In this document: in pieces, positions 18,028-28,126 of the stretch
How the letters are laid out: the number at the start of each line of letters is the position of its first letter
Position numbering within the stretch: position 1 is the first letter of the stretch
Assembly: GCA_045541635.1 (NCBI GenBank)
Contig: JAZQJM010000009.1
Coordinates: 1 to 45,740 of the forward strand
Length of the DNA: 45,740 bases
Direction: 5' to 3'
Source of the DNA: Candidatus Nanosyncoccus sp.
GTDB lineage: Bacteria > Patescibacteriota > Saccharimonadia > Saccharimonadales > Saccharimonadaceae
The notes under the pieces: model-generated
Told to the model about the DNA's origin: nothing
The model's input: only the letters and a program-made list of their open reading frames with translations
Databases searched by the model: none
Made by a program: the position numbers and the translations under genes

Positions 18028-19811
18028 TTGGCCTCCTTTATATTAATAAATTTATTTTGTTTAACATAATCCTTGGTTACTTCGAATTCCCACACCGAAT
18101 TACCCTCCGTATCTTCACTAACTTTCTTAAATCCGAGTGTACCATAGAAATCTTTCACCATTCCATTCTTTGCCGTCGGATAATAATAACCTTTTATTTT
18201 CTCCACACCGAGCATCTGGCATTTCTCTACCAGCGCATCCATCATTGCAAATTCCATATCGCGTTTCAGCACTCTACAGCTCATAATCCATAGGTCAATA
18301 TTCACCGTATTTCCATCCTGCGCACCAATTACCACCGACACCACCCCATTATCACCAAATTTATCTTCTAGCTTACCATACAGCGTAATATACTTTTCAT
18401 CAGCAGCCACTTCTTCTATCTCGGCCTGAGTATAACGCTTTGTCGTCAAGTTGAACTGATTACTCTTATTAGTAAGTTGCGCTATTCTCGCCATATATAG
18501 AGGTATAAAATGTTCAATTACCCCTTTCATTTCGAGCGATTTCAAATATTCATTATAATCAGTAAATTGTGTTTTCAGCGCTGCCCTCTTCGCGTTCTCC
18601 TTATACATCCCCACTTTCTTAAGGTCATCTCCCGAGATATTCACCGTTTCGAAGAATCCAGACTTATCTAACATCTCAATATAATGCCACACTTCACCCA
18701 TCTCTGGTGCCGACACTACCGGAAATTCACCTTTCACATTGGCACGCTCTGCTGGATTATCATCCACGAACACCAGGCTATCAATTCCAAGATTAAGCTC
18801 ATCGGCAATCGCAGCCATATTGTGAGATTTCGGCTCCCAGTTTGCCTTAATCACCACAAAATCATCTGGCTTCAATACCCCGTCAGCATGATTAAGTCCA
18901 GCTAGAGCATTCGCCTCGTCATTCTTACTATTAATATTTAGAATAATCCCAAGCTCACTATGCGCCTTCAAATATTCCTGAAATTCAGTATAAGCCTCAG
19001 CCGTTGCGGTTTCCTGTCCAATCTCAATTCCCTGTACACCATCATCACCTACTACGCCACCCCACAGAGTGTTATCCAGATCCAGCACTAAACCTTTCTT
19101 ATTCTTGCCAAGTATCGCCTTAACAATTTTCGAAACTTCAAAAGCAGCATATGGAATCGCTGGCACAGCTACCGTATATTTATACATATACCAATAGAAC
19201 GGATCAGCCCATCTCTCAATCCCATACATCGCAGACTGATAATTAATATCATTAATGAAGAAATTCTCATGCGCTTCAGCATATTCAGCAAACTTCAGAT
19301 TCATCCGAGTCAAGAAATTAACCTTACCATGAACATCTGTTGCGTCCTTATTACCAAGTAGCCTATAGAAAGGAAATTCAAAATTATTCTGAATAATCGT
19401 ACAATGGTATTTTGCAAAAAGTGTCTCCCACATATTCTCAAAACGCTCATATTCACTACCCAGCACAGCATCGACTTCAGCCTTTGACTGCCCCAAGCTA
19501 GGAAAGTTAATAATATTACGCCACGAAGTACAGATATAAATAATTTCAGGCGCAAACTCAGTTAGTTCTGGATTACCAAAAGTTGCGTCTTCCCAGTATT
19601 TATTATATTCCGATTCATAGAAAATTGGCTGTATCCCCTCATTCAGTAAAAATAACTCCAGCATTAATTTAATATTGCTAGTTGTTACTCCACCAAGTAT
19701 CGCGATTCTCTTCTCTACGAACTTTCCACCTTTTTCAAGCAATTCCCTCTTAATTGCTTTCTTTTTCCTAAGTATTACTTCACCGTCAAACGGCCACTCC
19801 AACTCTCTCAT
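18024..19811 (-). CDS. FkbH-like HAD-IIIC glyceryl transferase/phosphatase
   Basis: LDLDNTLWGGVVGDDG, SKN, NW.PKS, FVDDNPAE, QLTNKSNQFNLTT, D.FGD.G, MSCRVL. Confidence 0.93.
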   Translation of the reverse strand: MRELEWPFDGEVILRKKKAIKRELLEKGGKFVEKRIAILGGVTTSNIKLMLELFLLNEGIQPIFYESEYNKYWEDATFGNPELTEFAPEIIYICTSWRNIINFPSLGQSKAEVDAVLGSEYERFENMWETLFAKYHCTIIQNNFEFPFYRLLGNKDATDVHGKVNFLTRMNLKFAEYAEAHENFFINDINYQSAMYGIERWADPFYWYMYKYTVAVPAIPYAAFEVSKIVKAILGKNKKGLVLDLDNTLWGGVVGDDGVQGIEIGQETATAEAYTEFQEYLKAHSELGIILNINSKNDEANALAGLNHADGVLKPDDFVVIKANWEPKSHNMAAIADELNLGIDSLVFVDDNPAERANVKGEFPVVSAPEMGEVWHYIEMLDKSGFFETVNISGDDLKKVGMYKENAKRAALKTQFTDYNEYLKSLEMKGVIEHFIPLYMARIAQLTNKSNQFNLTTKRYTQAEIEEVAADEKYITLYGKLEDKFGDNGVVSVVIGAQDGNTVNIDLWIMSCRVLKRDMEFAMMDALVEKCQMLGVEKIKGYYYPTAKNGMVKDFYGTLGFKKVSEDTEGNSVWEFEVTKDYVKQNKFINIKEAK

Positions 19812-19819
19812 GCCTCCTA

Positions 19820-20671
19820 TTATATCACACCCAATCGTTTTTCTTCTATATATATGTATCTTAACGTATCATCATCTAATTGGTATTTATTTTTTATCAT
19901 TTCATGTATCTGCACTACTTCATGATAATGTTTATCGTTGCCCTTTGACTTACCAGTCACACTATCCTTATGCACCCTAAACATATTCAGCGACTTATGG
20001 TTGTAAGATATTTTTCCATTTTCTAATATTTTCAAATACAAATACCAATCTCCCACCTGCGCAAATTTCGCAGCCTCTTTCAGATATTCAATTATCCTTT
20101 TATCATTGCGAAATACTACAGCAGACACATTCGGAATCGAACACCTAATTGCCATAATCTCTTTTATTTCTTGCTCACCATTTTTGATGTAGCTATGTCG
20201 ATAATGTCCAATCTTCTCTTTATCTCTAGACCATCTAAAATTCGGCGCCAGCATTACCCCTGCACCATTTATTATCATAGATTCAGTATACGATAAGGCC
20301 ACCTTCTCGTCCTCGAATCCCCTCATCACTTCTTCAAGGAATTTTCTTCGCGACAAATCATCAGCCTCAGCTATCCACACATAATCACCACTCGCTTCTT
20401 CAAATCCCTTTTTCCACTGCAAAATCGCCTTACCAGAGTTATTTTTATTCTTTATTATCTTGAACTTTAATCCTGGTTGCTTTTGCTTAATATTGGATTC
20501 TATCCTTTTAAGTATTTCATCACTATTATCATGAGAAGCATCGTCCAGAATAATTAATTCATATATTGGATAAGTTTGTCTCAAAATACTACTTATCCTC
20601 TTATTAAGGTATTTACCATAATTATAATTCGGCACAATTACCGATACTTTTTTATTTGGTAAAATAGTCAT
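19820..20671 (-). CDS. Glycosyltransferase family 2
   Basis: VSVIVPNYN, LDDAS.D, WIAEADD, IPNVSAV, GDW. Confidence 0.9.
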   Translation of the reverse strand: MTILPNKKVSVIVPNYNYGKYLNKRISSILRQTYPIYELIILDDASHDNSDEILKRIESNIKQKQPGLKFKIIKNKNNSGKAILQWKKGFEEASGDYVWIAEADDLSRRKFLEEVMRGFEDEKVALSYTESMIINGAGVMLAPNFRWSRDKEKIGHYRHSYIKNGEQEIKEIMAIRCSIPNVSAVVFRNDKRIIEYLKEAAKFAQVGDWYLYLKILENGKISYNHKSLNMFRVHKDSVTGKSKGNDKHYHEVVQIHEMIKNKYQLDDDTLRYIYIEEKRLGVI

Positions 20672-21818
20672 AAGTTCCCACTACCTCATTTAAAAATTCT
20701 GCACCACAGTAATGTTTTATAGCATATTCACGCGCTTTTCGTGCAATCGCCCTACTTTTGTCCGAATTATTGTATATATAATTCAATCTATCATACCATT
20801 CACCCTGCTGCGCCAGGAATCCATTTTCGCCATTTTTAATTGCTTTCTCAAAAGTATATGTTGGCGACGCAATCGTTATAGTTTCTACCACAGCCGCCTC
20901 AAAGAATTTAAGTTCCGACTTACAATTCGTAAAATCATTTATCACAAGTGGTGCAATATTTACATCTACACTCGCCATCAACCTTTGCAGTTTTCTAAAA
21001 TCCACTGGTGATACAAACTCTATCCTGCCATCCCGAATCAATTGAAAAGATCTCGCATCGAAGTCCATCAACCCCACCACTCTTAATATTGCATCATCAT
21101 GCGTCTTTAAGAACGCCAATATCTCGGGCAGCGCCACTTCTAAATCATTCACATGTGTCGGTGATCCACTAAAATACCCAATCACAAAATGCCCTGCATC
21201 TTTAAGTTCATCCTTCATCCCAAGATACACGTTTGATGCAGCCATCTGCTCATCATTAAGCGAATTACGAATCACCTTATACGGTTTACCGAAACTTTCC
21301 TTAATCTTCTCTCCCAGAAATTCATTCGTCACAATGAATCCATCCACATTCTTAGCTGTCTGATTTATATCCATAAAATACGGGATCCAGTAATCCAAGC
21401 TCGAAAATTCCCCAATCGTATTCATTACTACTGATAAGTACTTCTTATCAAACACCAAGTCATCCAAATCAAAAACCACCGGCACACCATTTGTCTTAGC
21501 CTCGTCCACCACACTTTTCACTACGCTATCCCATCTGCACTGCCTACCAAGTACCACCAAATCACTCTTAGAAATAAGCTCGTGTACCTCCTTAATTTCG
21601 TTACGATAGAAAAACACAGCCTGCCACTCATTACTATTAAGCGTAGCTTGATAAGTATTAAAGCACCGATATCTAAAAGTCGAGCTATCTGGACCTTTCA
21701 CGAAATAAAGTGCCACCTTTTTACTATTCTTCTTTGCCCCACGAAAAACTTTCAGTCTCTCTTCTAGACTCATTCCCCACGGTTCAATCGACAGTACGCT
21801 TGCTTTTCTTTTTTTCAT
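20652..21818 (-). CDS. GT-B fold glycosyltransferase
   Basis: FRYRC, FDLDDLVF, GYFSGSPTH..D, DVNIAPL..N.F..CKSELKFFEA. Confidence 0.85.
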   Translation of the reverse strand: MKKRKASVLSIEPWGMSLEERLKVFRGAKKNSKKVALYFVKGPDSSTFRYRCFNTYQATLNSNEWQAVFFYRNEIKEVHELISKSDLVVLGRQCRWDSVVKSVVDEAKTNGVPVVFDLDDLVFDKKYLSVVMNTIGEFSSLDYWIPYFMDINQTAKNVDGFIVTNEFLGEKIKESFGKPYKVIRNSLNDEQMAASNVYLGMKDELKDAGHFVIGYFSGSPTHVNDLEVALPEILAFLKTHDDAILRVVGLMDFDARSFQLIRDGRIEFVSPVDFRKLQRLMASVDVNIAPLVINDFTNCKSELKFFEAAVVETITIASPTYTFEKAIKNGENGFLAQQGEWYDRLNYIYNNSDKSRAIARKAREYAIKHYCGAEFLNEVVGTYDYFTK

Positions 21819-21820
21819 CT

Positions 21821-22438
21821 TTACTCCAGCGCAGTTAGGAAAATATCATTCTTACCAATTTCCAATTTGAAAACTTTATCTTTAATATCTTGATCTACAC
21901 TACTATAGAAGCTAATTTTCTTTAACTTCGGCAATTTTTCTTTCTCTACTATTTCATTAAATTTCAGTGGGTCCACGCTTTCACTAAATGTTACCACTCG
22001 AAGCTCACTTCCGTCCACATTGGCAAGCATCACGGCTTTTTTCACCATCTCATTAGACAGCTCCTTAACTACCAAATTAATCCTTTTAGGATTATTTACA
22101 CCATAGAAATAATCAATAGGCACTATTCTTTCTCTTAAATCTTTCGACACTTCTTCCGACTTCTTCTCATTGCCTTTATCTACCCCACCGTATATTTCCT
22201 TCAAAATACTTGGCTTTCTAATAATTCGATACACCGTCCTCGGTGCTCTCACCACTTTACCCACCTTACTATTTGGGTTCTGCGCAGCACGCCCGAGCGC
22301 CGTATTCTTAAGTACCCTTTTAATTTCACTACCAGCCCCATGTCCACCAAGCAAAATATCTTCACGCCTCATCGACGCTTCTAGCTCGCTCTTCAGGTCG
22401 GCAATTATTTTTTCTGAATCTTCTTTCTTTTTAACCAT
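21821..22438 (-). CDS. Hypothetical protein; N-terminal coiled segment plus region resembling the N-terminal half of WsaF-like GT-B glycosyltransferases
   Basis: In-operon 205-aa ORF; RINLV, LRVVT and KLEIGKNDIFL pattern (recalled similarity only). Confidence 0.6.
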   Translation of the reverse strand: MVKKKEDSEKIIADLKSELEASMRREDILLGGHGAGSEIKRVLKNTALGRAAQNPNSKVGKVVRAPRTVYRIIRKPSILKEIYGGVDKGNEKKSEEVSKDLRERIVPIDYFYGVNNPKRINLVVKELSNEMVKKAVMLANVDGSELRVVTFSESVDPLKFNEIVEKEKLPKLKKISFYSSVDQDIKDKVFKLEIGKNDIFLTALE

Positions 22439-22439
22439 A

Positions 22440-24611
22440 TCATCCCTTTATCTTATGATAAATTTTCTTCAATGTCGTTTTAGCTTTTTTCGGAATCTTC
22501 ACTTTAGACACTAGTCGCCACTTCCTCGAATTAATAATCGCAAGGTAATCATCTCGATAATTCGCTTGTCCAGCATTCAGCCTCAGCATATCCATCACAA
22601 AATCAGCCTGCCTGACGCTTTCAGCAATTTTCTTATACTCAAGTCGACCGACCATCACATTATTTCCATAAATCTTATCATAGTCAGCCACCATCTCAGA
22701 TACATTTCTTATAGCATATTGAGAGATGGCATCCACCTTCTCTTTGTAATCTCTCTCATTATTAAGGATTTGTTTTATTTTCTCAATAATTTTGTTCACA
22801 TCATTCGTGTACTTAATTACCCATCCTAGATTATTCTCCTTTACTCGCTCAGCCCCAGCCCCAATATCGAACGTAAGCACTGGCACTCCAGCTGCCACGA
22901 CTTCTTCCACTGTATAAGAAAATGATTCTGGCGCCAATGAAAACGCACACAGTAGTTGTATATTTTCGTCTTTCAGCTTCTGTGGTAGCTCTTCTCTCGT
23001 ATATCCACCATGATTCACAAGTACACCCTTCTTGTGAGCATTTGCAGTCGTCATACCAAACAAATGCACTTTTACATTGTCGCTTGAATTTAACTTTTCC
23101 ACCATCTCTTCCAGTATTTCACTGCCCTTATGTGGAAAAATCGCCCCCACAAAAGCCACATTTTTCACTTCGCTTAGGTTTGGTGTATTCTCAATCTTTT
23201 CCACATCTACACCGTGAGGAATCACTTCGATTTTAAGATTCTTATAATTCTTCTCATACTCTTTTTTTACAAATTCAGATGGCGCGATTACCTTAGTCGC
23301 TCCATCCATTAGTTCTGCATTAGCTTTCCTCCAAGCATCAATCATAATTGGATAGTTCTTTTTACCACCTACTACCTTCGCGTCAAGCATACTCACAATC
23401 GGCTCGTTTAGATACATATCATGTAGAGTCACGGCGTATTTTATTTTCTTTTCATGGCACACCCTTCCAATATCATAAAATTGCCCAATCATATGATGTA
23501 TGTGTACGAAAAAAATCTTATATTTGTCCAATATATCCTCTATCATTCGCTTGTACACATTAGAATACAGCCCAATCGGCTCAATAATAATCGGCTTCTC
23601 GTACATCGCCGTCACTACATCCGTCTCCTTGAAAAACGAATGAACTTTATATGCCCCATTCTCTGGTGACAACACATGAATATTGTACTTATCACGAAGT
23701 CCACCGATAATATCTAGTAGATGCAGCGTCGTACCACCTACATTCTGCTCAATATTACTAAAATCATGGATCACCATCAAGATATTTGCTCGCTCTTCTT
23801 GCACTCCAAGCGCCACAGCAACATTATCCCCTATCTGCGAGATATCCCGGATTCTACACCAGTAGTCTAGCCCATTTTTAAGCTCTGGATGCTTCTTCGC
23901 AAGGCTAGCACTATTATCTACTTTATTGTCCTGGAAAGATTGGGACTCTTTATGGAGTACATACACCGTATCACATAATACATTTTTTAATCCATATTGG
24001 AAGCATCGAAAACTAAAATCATTTTCCTCGCCATATCCTTTACCAAAATTCTCTTCATCAAAATACCCTACCGTCTCAAGCGCCGTCCTCTTAATATACA
24101 TACAAAACCCATGCGCCGTCGGTAATTCCGGATATAATTTATCCGAATATTTCACGATTAATTTATTCATACTATCCAGTGTATATCCACTCGGTAGTTC
24201 GTTCCTAACAAACATTTTTGGTACGCTTGCTAGCGTTGCATTATTCGAAAGTGGCGTCACCGTCGCAATCGTCTCGTCGCTATAAGCGCATTCCATAATT
24301 TTATCAAGCCAACCCTTAGATACTTCCGTATCAGAATTAAGTAGTAGCACGTCATTCTTCGAATATTTCATCCCTTTATTTACTGTACCTACAAACCCTA
24401 AATTCACTTCGTTCTTCAGCAGTGTAATTTTATCAGCATTCTCGCTAGCATACTTCTCGAGTAATGGCAATATCCTCTCGTCAGGACTCTTATCGTCAAT
24501 CAAAATAAGATGCGCCTTACTAAAATCAGTATTCTTAAGTACGCTATCAATACACTCTATTACAGCATCATATGCGTTATAAATTGGTATTACTACATCA
24601 CACCTTGGCAT
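22440..24611 (-). CDS. Bifunctional glycosyltransferase (GT2 + GT4-like domains)
   Basis: VVIPIYN, DDKSPD, NLGF, LLNSD, GYGEENDF; then GGT..H, HKG, ESFSYT..E. The true start is likely ATG 24611, because the listed extension MWYNEF encodes the TGGTATAAT promoter. Confidence 0.9.
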   Translation of the reverse strand: MPRCDVVIPIYNAYDAVIECIDSVLKNTDFSKAHLILIDDKSPDERILPLLEKYASENADKITLLKNEVNLGFVGTVNKGMKYSKNDVLLLNSDTEVSKGWLDKIMECAYSDETIATVTPLSNNATLASVPKMFVRNELPSGYTLDSMNKLIVKYSDKLYPELPTAHGFCMYIKRTALETVGYFDEENFGKGYGEENDFSFRCFQYGLKNVLCDTVYVLHKESQSFQDNKVDNSASLAKKHPELKNGLDYWCRIRDISQIGDNVAVALGVQEERANILMVIHDFSNIEQNVGGTTLHLLDIIGGLRDKYNIHVLSPENGAYKVHSFFKETDVVTAMYEKPIIIEPIGLYSNVYKRMIEDILDKYKIFFVHIHHMIGQFYDIGRVCHEKKIKYAVTLHDMYLNEPIVSMLDAKVVGGKKNYPIMIDAWRKANAELMDGATKVIAPSEFVKKEYEKNYKNLKIEVIPHGVDVEKIENTPNLSEVKNVAFVGAIFPHKGSEILEEMVEKLNSSDNVKVHLFGMTTANAHKKGVLVNHGGYTREELPQKLKDENIQLLCAFSLAPESFSYTVEEVVAAGVPVLTFDIGAGAERVKENNLGWVIKYTNDVNKIIEKIKQILNNERDYKEKVDAISQYAIRNVSEMVADYDKIYGNNVMVGRLEYKKIAESVRQADFVMDMLRLNAGQANYRDDYLAIINSRKWRLVSKVKIPKKAKTTLKKIYHKIKG

Positions 24612-24680
24612 AAACTCATTATACCACATACGCCAGATAATGATTCTGTGATATAATAAAACCAGAAAGGTTATATACCC

Positions 24681-25706
24681 ATGATTTACTTAGTCACCGG
24701 CGCAGCTGGTTTCATCGGCGCCAACCTATGCCAGAGATTATTAGCAGACGCCACCAATACCGTTATTGGTATCGATAATTTAAATAATTATTACGACGTC
24801 TCTCTTAAAAAATACCGTCTTTCCACACTTACTGGTTTTTCCAATTTTCAGTTTATCGAAATAGATATTTCAGACAAATCTTCAATTGATCAAATTTTCT
24901 CAGATCACACTCCAGATTATGTTATTAACCTAGCAGCTCAGGCCGGTGTACGCTATAGCATCACTAATCCCGATGCCTATATTAAGAGTAACATTGTTGG
25001 CTTCTATAATATCCTGGAAGCCTGTCGCAATTACCCAGTCAAGCATCTCATATACGCCTCATCATCCTCGGTTTACGGCAATGATTCCATTATTCCTTAT
25101 TCCACTGAAGCCAAAGTTGACACTCCAGTTAGCCTCTATGCTGCCACCAAGAAATCTGACGAGCTCTTAGCTCACGCCTATTCCAAACTCTACAACATCC
25201 CATCCACTGGGCTTAGGTTTTTTACAGTTTACGGACCAGCCGGTCGCCCAGATATGGCCTATTTCAGCTTCACAAATAAACTTTTAAAGGGTGAAGACAT
25301 CGAGATTTTTAATTACGGTAACTGCAAACGTGATTTTACCTATATCGACGACATTATTGATGGTATTATGCTCGTAATTCCCCACCCACCAGCCATCCAG
25401 TCTGGCGAAGATAATCTACCCATCCCACCATACAAAATCTACAATATCGGCCACGGCGACCCAGTAGATCTATTAGACTTCGTCAATATTCTTGGTGAAG
25501 AATTAATTAATGCTGGTGTCCTACCACAAGATTACAACATCAAATCTCACCAGAAACTCCTCCCAATGCAACCGGGCGACGTCGCCATCACCTATGCCGA
25601 CACCTCATCCCTAGAGCGAGACTTTGGCTACAAACCAGCCACCGACCTTCGCACGGGTTTACATAATTTTGTCAAATGGTATAAAGAATATTACAAGGAG
25701 TCTTAA
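24681..25706 (+). CDS. NAD-dependent epimerase, UDP-glucuronate 4-epimerase-like
   Basis: TGAAGFIG, LAAQAGVRYS, ASSSSVYG, YAATKK, RFFTVYGP.GRPDMA, MQPGDV. Confidence 0.92.
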   Translation: MIYLVTGAAGFIGANLCQRLLADATNTVIGIDNLNNYYDVSLKKYRLSTLTGFSNFQFIEIDISDKSSIDQIFSDHTPDYVINLAAQAGVRYSITNPDAYIKSNIVGFYNILEACRNYPVKHLIYASSSSVYGNDSIIPYSTEAKVDTPVSLYAATKKSDELLAHAYSKLYNIPSTGLRFFTVYGPAGRPDMAYFSFTNKLLKGEDIEIFNYGNCKRDFTYIDDIIDGIMLVIPHPPAIQSGEDNLPIPPYKIYNIGHGDPVDLLDFVNILGEELINAGVLPQDYNIKSHQKLLPMQPGDVAITYADTSSLERDFGYKPATDLRTGLHNFVKWYKEYYKES

Positions 25707-26869
25707 TGAAAATTGCAATTGCTGGTACTGGATATGTTGGACTTTCACTCGCCACTTTACTTAGTGTTAATCACGAAGTTGTAGCCCTCGACATCATCCC
25801 CGAGAAAGTCGCCAAAATCAACTCACGCATATCGCCATTCCACGACGAATACATTGAACGCTACTTCAAAGAGCATACTCTTAATCTCACTGCTACTACT
25901 GACCCCGTACGGGCTTACAAAGATGCCGACTACATCATCATTAGTACACCTACTAATTACGACGATATCACCAATTTCTTCGACACTTCCAGTATCGAAG
26001 ACGTCTTAACATATGTTGCCGATATTAACCCAAACACTACCGTCATCATTAAATCCACTATTCCAGTAGGCTATACCGAGTCCATCCGTCAGAAATACCC
26101 TATTAAGAATATTATTTTCTCTCCAGAATTTCTACGTGAAGGTAAATCCCTTTATGATAATCTCTATCCATCTCGTATTATTATAGGTGACACCACGAAA
26201 GAAGCTAGAGAATTTGGCGAGTTATTAAAATCTTGTGCCCTGAACGACCCACCGGTCATCTACATGTCACCCACCGAGGCCGAAGCTGTCAAATTATTCG
26301 CTAATACCTATCTAGCTCTTCGCATCGCTTATTTTAATGAACTTGACACTTTTGCCGAAATCAATCATTTAGAAACTAAGAATATTATTGAGGGCGTCTC
26401 ATCCGATCCACGCATTGGCAATTTCTACAATAATCCATCTTTCGGCTATGGTGGTTATTGCCTACCAAAAGATACCAAGCAGCTTCTTTCCAACTATAGC
26501 CGTATCCCACAGAATCTCATCGAATCCATCGTCAAAGCCAACCAGACTCGCAAGACACATATCGCCAATATGATTCTCAATAAATCTCCCAGGAAAGTCG
26601 GCATTTACCGTTTGACCATGAAGGCAGGTTCGGATAATTTTCGCTCAAGTGCTATCCAGGATATTATCGAACTGTTAAAAGCCAATCATCTCGAAATCAT
26701 TATTTACGAACCCACTCTTAATTCATCCACCTATCAAGATTGCCAAGTAATTAACAATCTAGATGTTTTCGCAAACCAAGTCGATTTAATCATCGCCAAC
26801 CGCGTCGATAAAGCTATCAAAAAATACAGCCACAAGCTCTATACACGTGACATTTTTGCCAGAGATTAA
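25706..26869 (+). CDS. ugd: UDP-glucose 6-dehydrogenase
   Basis: GTGYVGL, IKSTIPVG, SPEFLREG, KLFANTYLA, GYGGYCLPKD, MKAGSDNFR. Confidence 0.96.
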   Translation: MKIAIAGTGYVGLSLATLLSVNHEVVALDIIPEKVAKINSRISPFHDEYIERYFKEHTLNLTATTDPVRAYKDADYIIISTPTNYDDITNFFDTSSIEDVLTYVADINPNTTVIIKSTIPVGYTESIRQKYPIKNIIFSPEFLREGKSLYDNLYPSRIIIGDTTKEAREFGELLKSCALNDPPVIYMSPTEAEAVKLFANTYLALRIAYFNELDTFAEINHLETKNIIEGVSSDPRIGNFYNNPSFGYGGYCLPKDTKQLLSNYSRIPQNLIESIVKANQTRKTHIANMILNKSPRKVGIYRLTMKAGSDNFRSSAIQDIIELLKANHLEIIIYEPTLNSSTYQDCQVINNLDVFANQVDLIIANRVDKAIKKYSHKLYTRDIFARD

Positions 26870-26890
26870 TAATTATGGTATAATAATATT

Positions 26891-28126
26891 ATGAACAAAA
26901 AAATCTGTGTCTATACCTGTATTACTGGTAATTATGACAACCTTCACGAGATAGAACATCCAGAAGAAGGCGTAGATTACATTTGTTTCACTAACAATCA
27001 GAAACTCACCTCTAATACTTGGCGCATCGTCCATATTGAAGATGACACCCTAGACAACCAGCGCTTATCCCGTAAAATCAAAATGCTCGGTCATCCCATC
27101 ATTGCAGATAATTACGACATTAGCGTCTGGATGGATGCCTCCGTAGTTTGGAAAAAGAGCATCATAGAATTCGTCAAGACTTATCTAAAATCGACCCCCT
27201 TCGTCGCCTTTAGACACACTTTACACAATTCCGTTCACGAAGAGGCTATCGCGTGCCTTCGTTGTCGCAAAGATAGCAAAGATAAAATCACCGAGACTCT
27301 CTCCTTCTTAGAATCAGTAAATTTCCCCGACAATCTCGGCCTCTACGAAATGACTGTTTTCATTAAAAAGCATAACAATCCCGTAGTCAAGAAAACTATG
27401 GAAATTTGGTTCGATACCGTAAAAAATCATAGCAAACGCGACCAGCTTAGTTTCGTCTATGCAGCCTGGAAGACTTCCCTCAAGATTACCACTATTAATC
27501 TCAGTGTCTGGAGTAATATTTGGTTCACTAATGTCAAGCATACCATTAAAGAGAAAATCTCCGACTGTCACATTTACTACGGCGACACTAATTCAGAATT
27601 CGATTTTAATAATTACCAAATCATTCCTTACATAAAAGAAAACGATACCTGTACCATAGAAACCGTCATACCAGTTGACACTAGTTCTATCGAAATTAAT
27701 CCTGTCAGTATTATTGGTATCGAATTTAGCGATATCACCATTAAGCCTAACCCAGACAGCATTATCATTAATAATTCTTTTATCGCTAAAGATCGCTCAT
27801 TCTTTTGTACTAATCATAACAATATTATCAAAATCTCTGGTCACTTTACTTCAGGTACGCCATTATATTTCTCCATCAAGTTCACCGAGAGTGACCGTAC
27901 CACCCTTTGTCAACTTATTGAACATATCCATCATTCAGTAATAGAATCCCAAGCAAAAATCAATTCCCTTAATGCAGAAATCAGCTCACTCCATAACTTA
28001 AATAGTGACCTCGAAGGCGAAAATCATAACTTAACTCAAGCATTACAGTCCATCTATAATAGTCGCAGCTGGAAACTCATCCAGAAGACCACCGGTGCCA
28101 TCCATAAACTTAAGACATCGCACTAG
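26891..28126 (+). CDS. DUF616-like glycosyltransferase domain protein with C-terminal coiled coil
   Basis: VYTCITG.YD, CFT, R.IK...H, W.D, RDQLSF; heptad-rich C-terminus ending NSRSWK; TGGTATAAT 6 nt before the ATG. Confidence 0.75.
   Translation: MNKKICVYTCITGNYDNLHEIEHPEEGVDYICFTNNQKLTSNTWRIVHIEDDTLDNQRLSRKIKMLGHPIIADNYDISVWMDASVVWKKSIIEFVKTYLKSTPFVAFRHTLHNSVHEEAIACLRCRKDSKDKITETLSFLESVNFPDNLGLYEMTVFIKKHNNPVVKKTMEIWFDTVKNHSKRDQLSFVYAAWKTSLKITTINLSVWSNIWFTNVKHTIKEKISDCHIYYGDTNSEFDFNNYQIIPYIKENDTCTIETVIPVDTSSIEINPVSIIGIEFSDITIKPNPDSIIINNSFIAKDRSFFCTNHNNIIKISGHFTSGTPLYFSIKFTESDRTTLCQLIEHIHHSVIESQAKINSLNAEISSLHNLNSDLEGENHNLTQALQSIYNSRSWKLIQKTTGAIHKLKTSH

Noticed and set aside
17348-19811. FkbH/ACP/dehydratase as part of a PKS or fatty-acid cluster
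   Set aside because: No ketosynthase, acyltransferase or NRPS module in the window; direct coupling to MBOAT/SGNH and glycosyltransferases favours glycan acylation.
21804-21818. A-rich tract at the start of the GT-B gene as a phase-variation site
   Set aside because: A short interrupted run encoding MKKRK, in frame, and common in AT-rich genomes.
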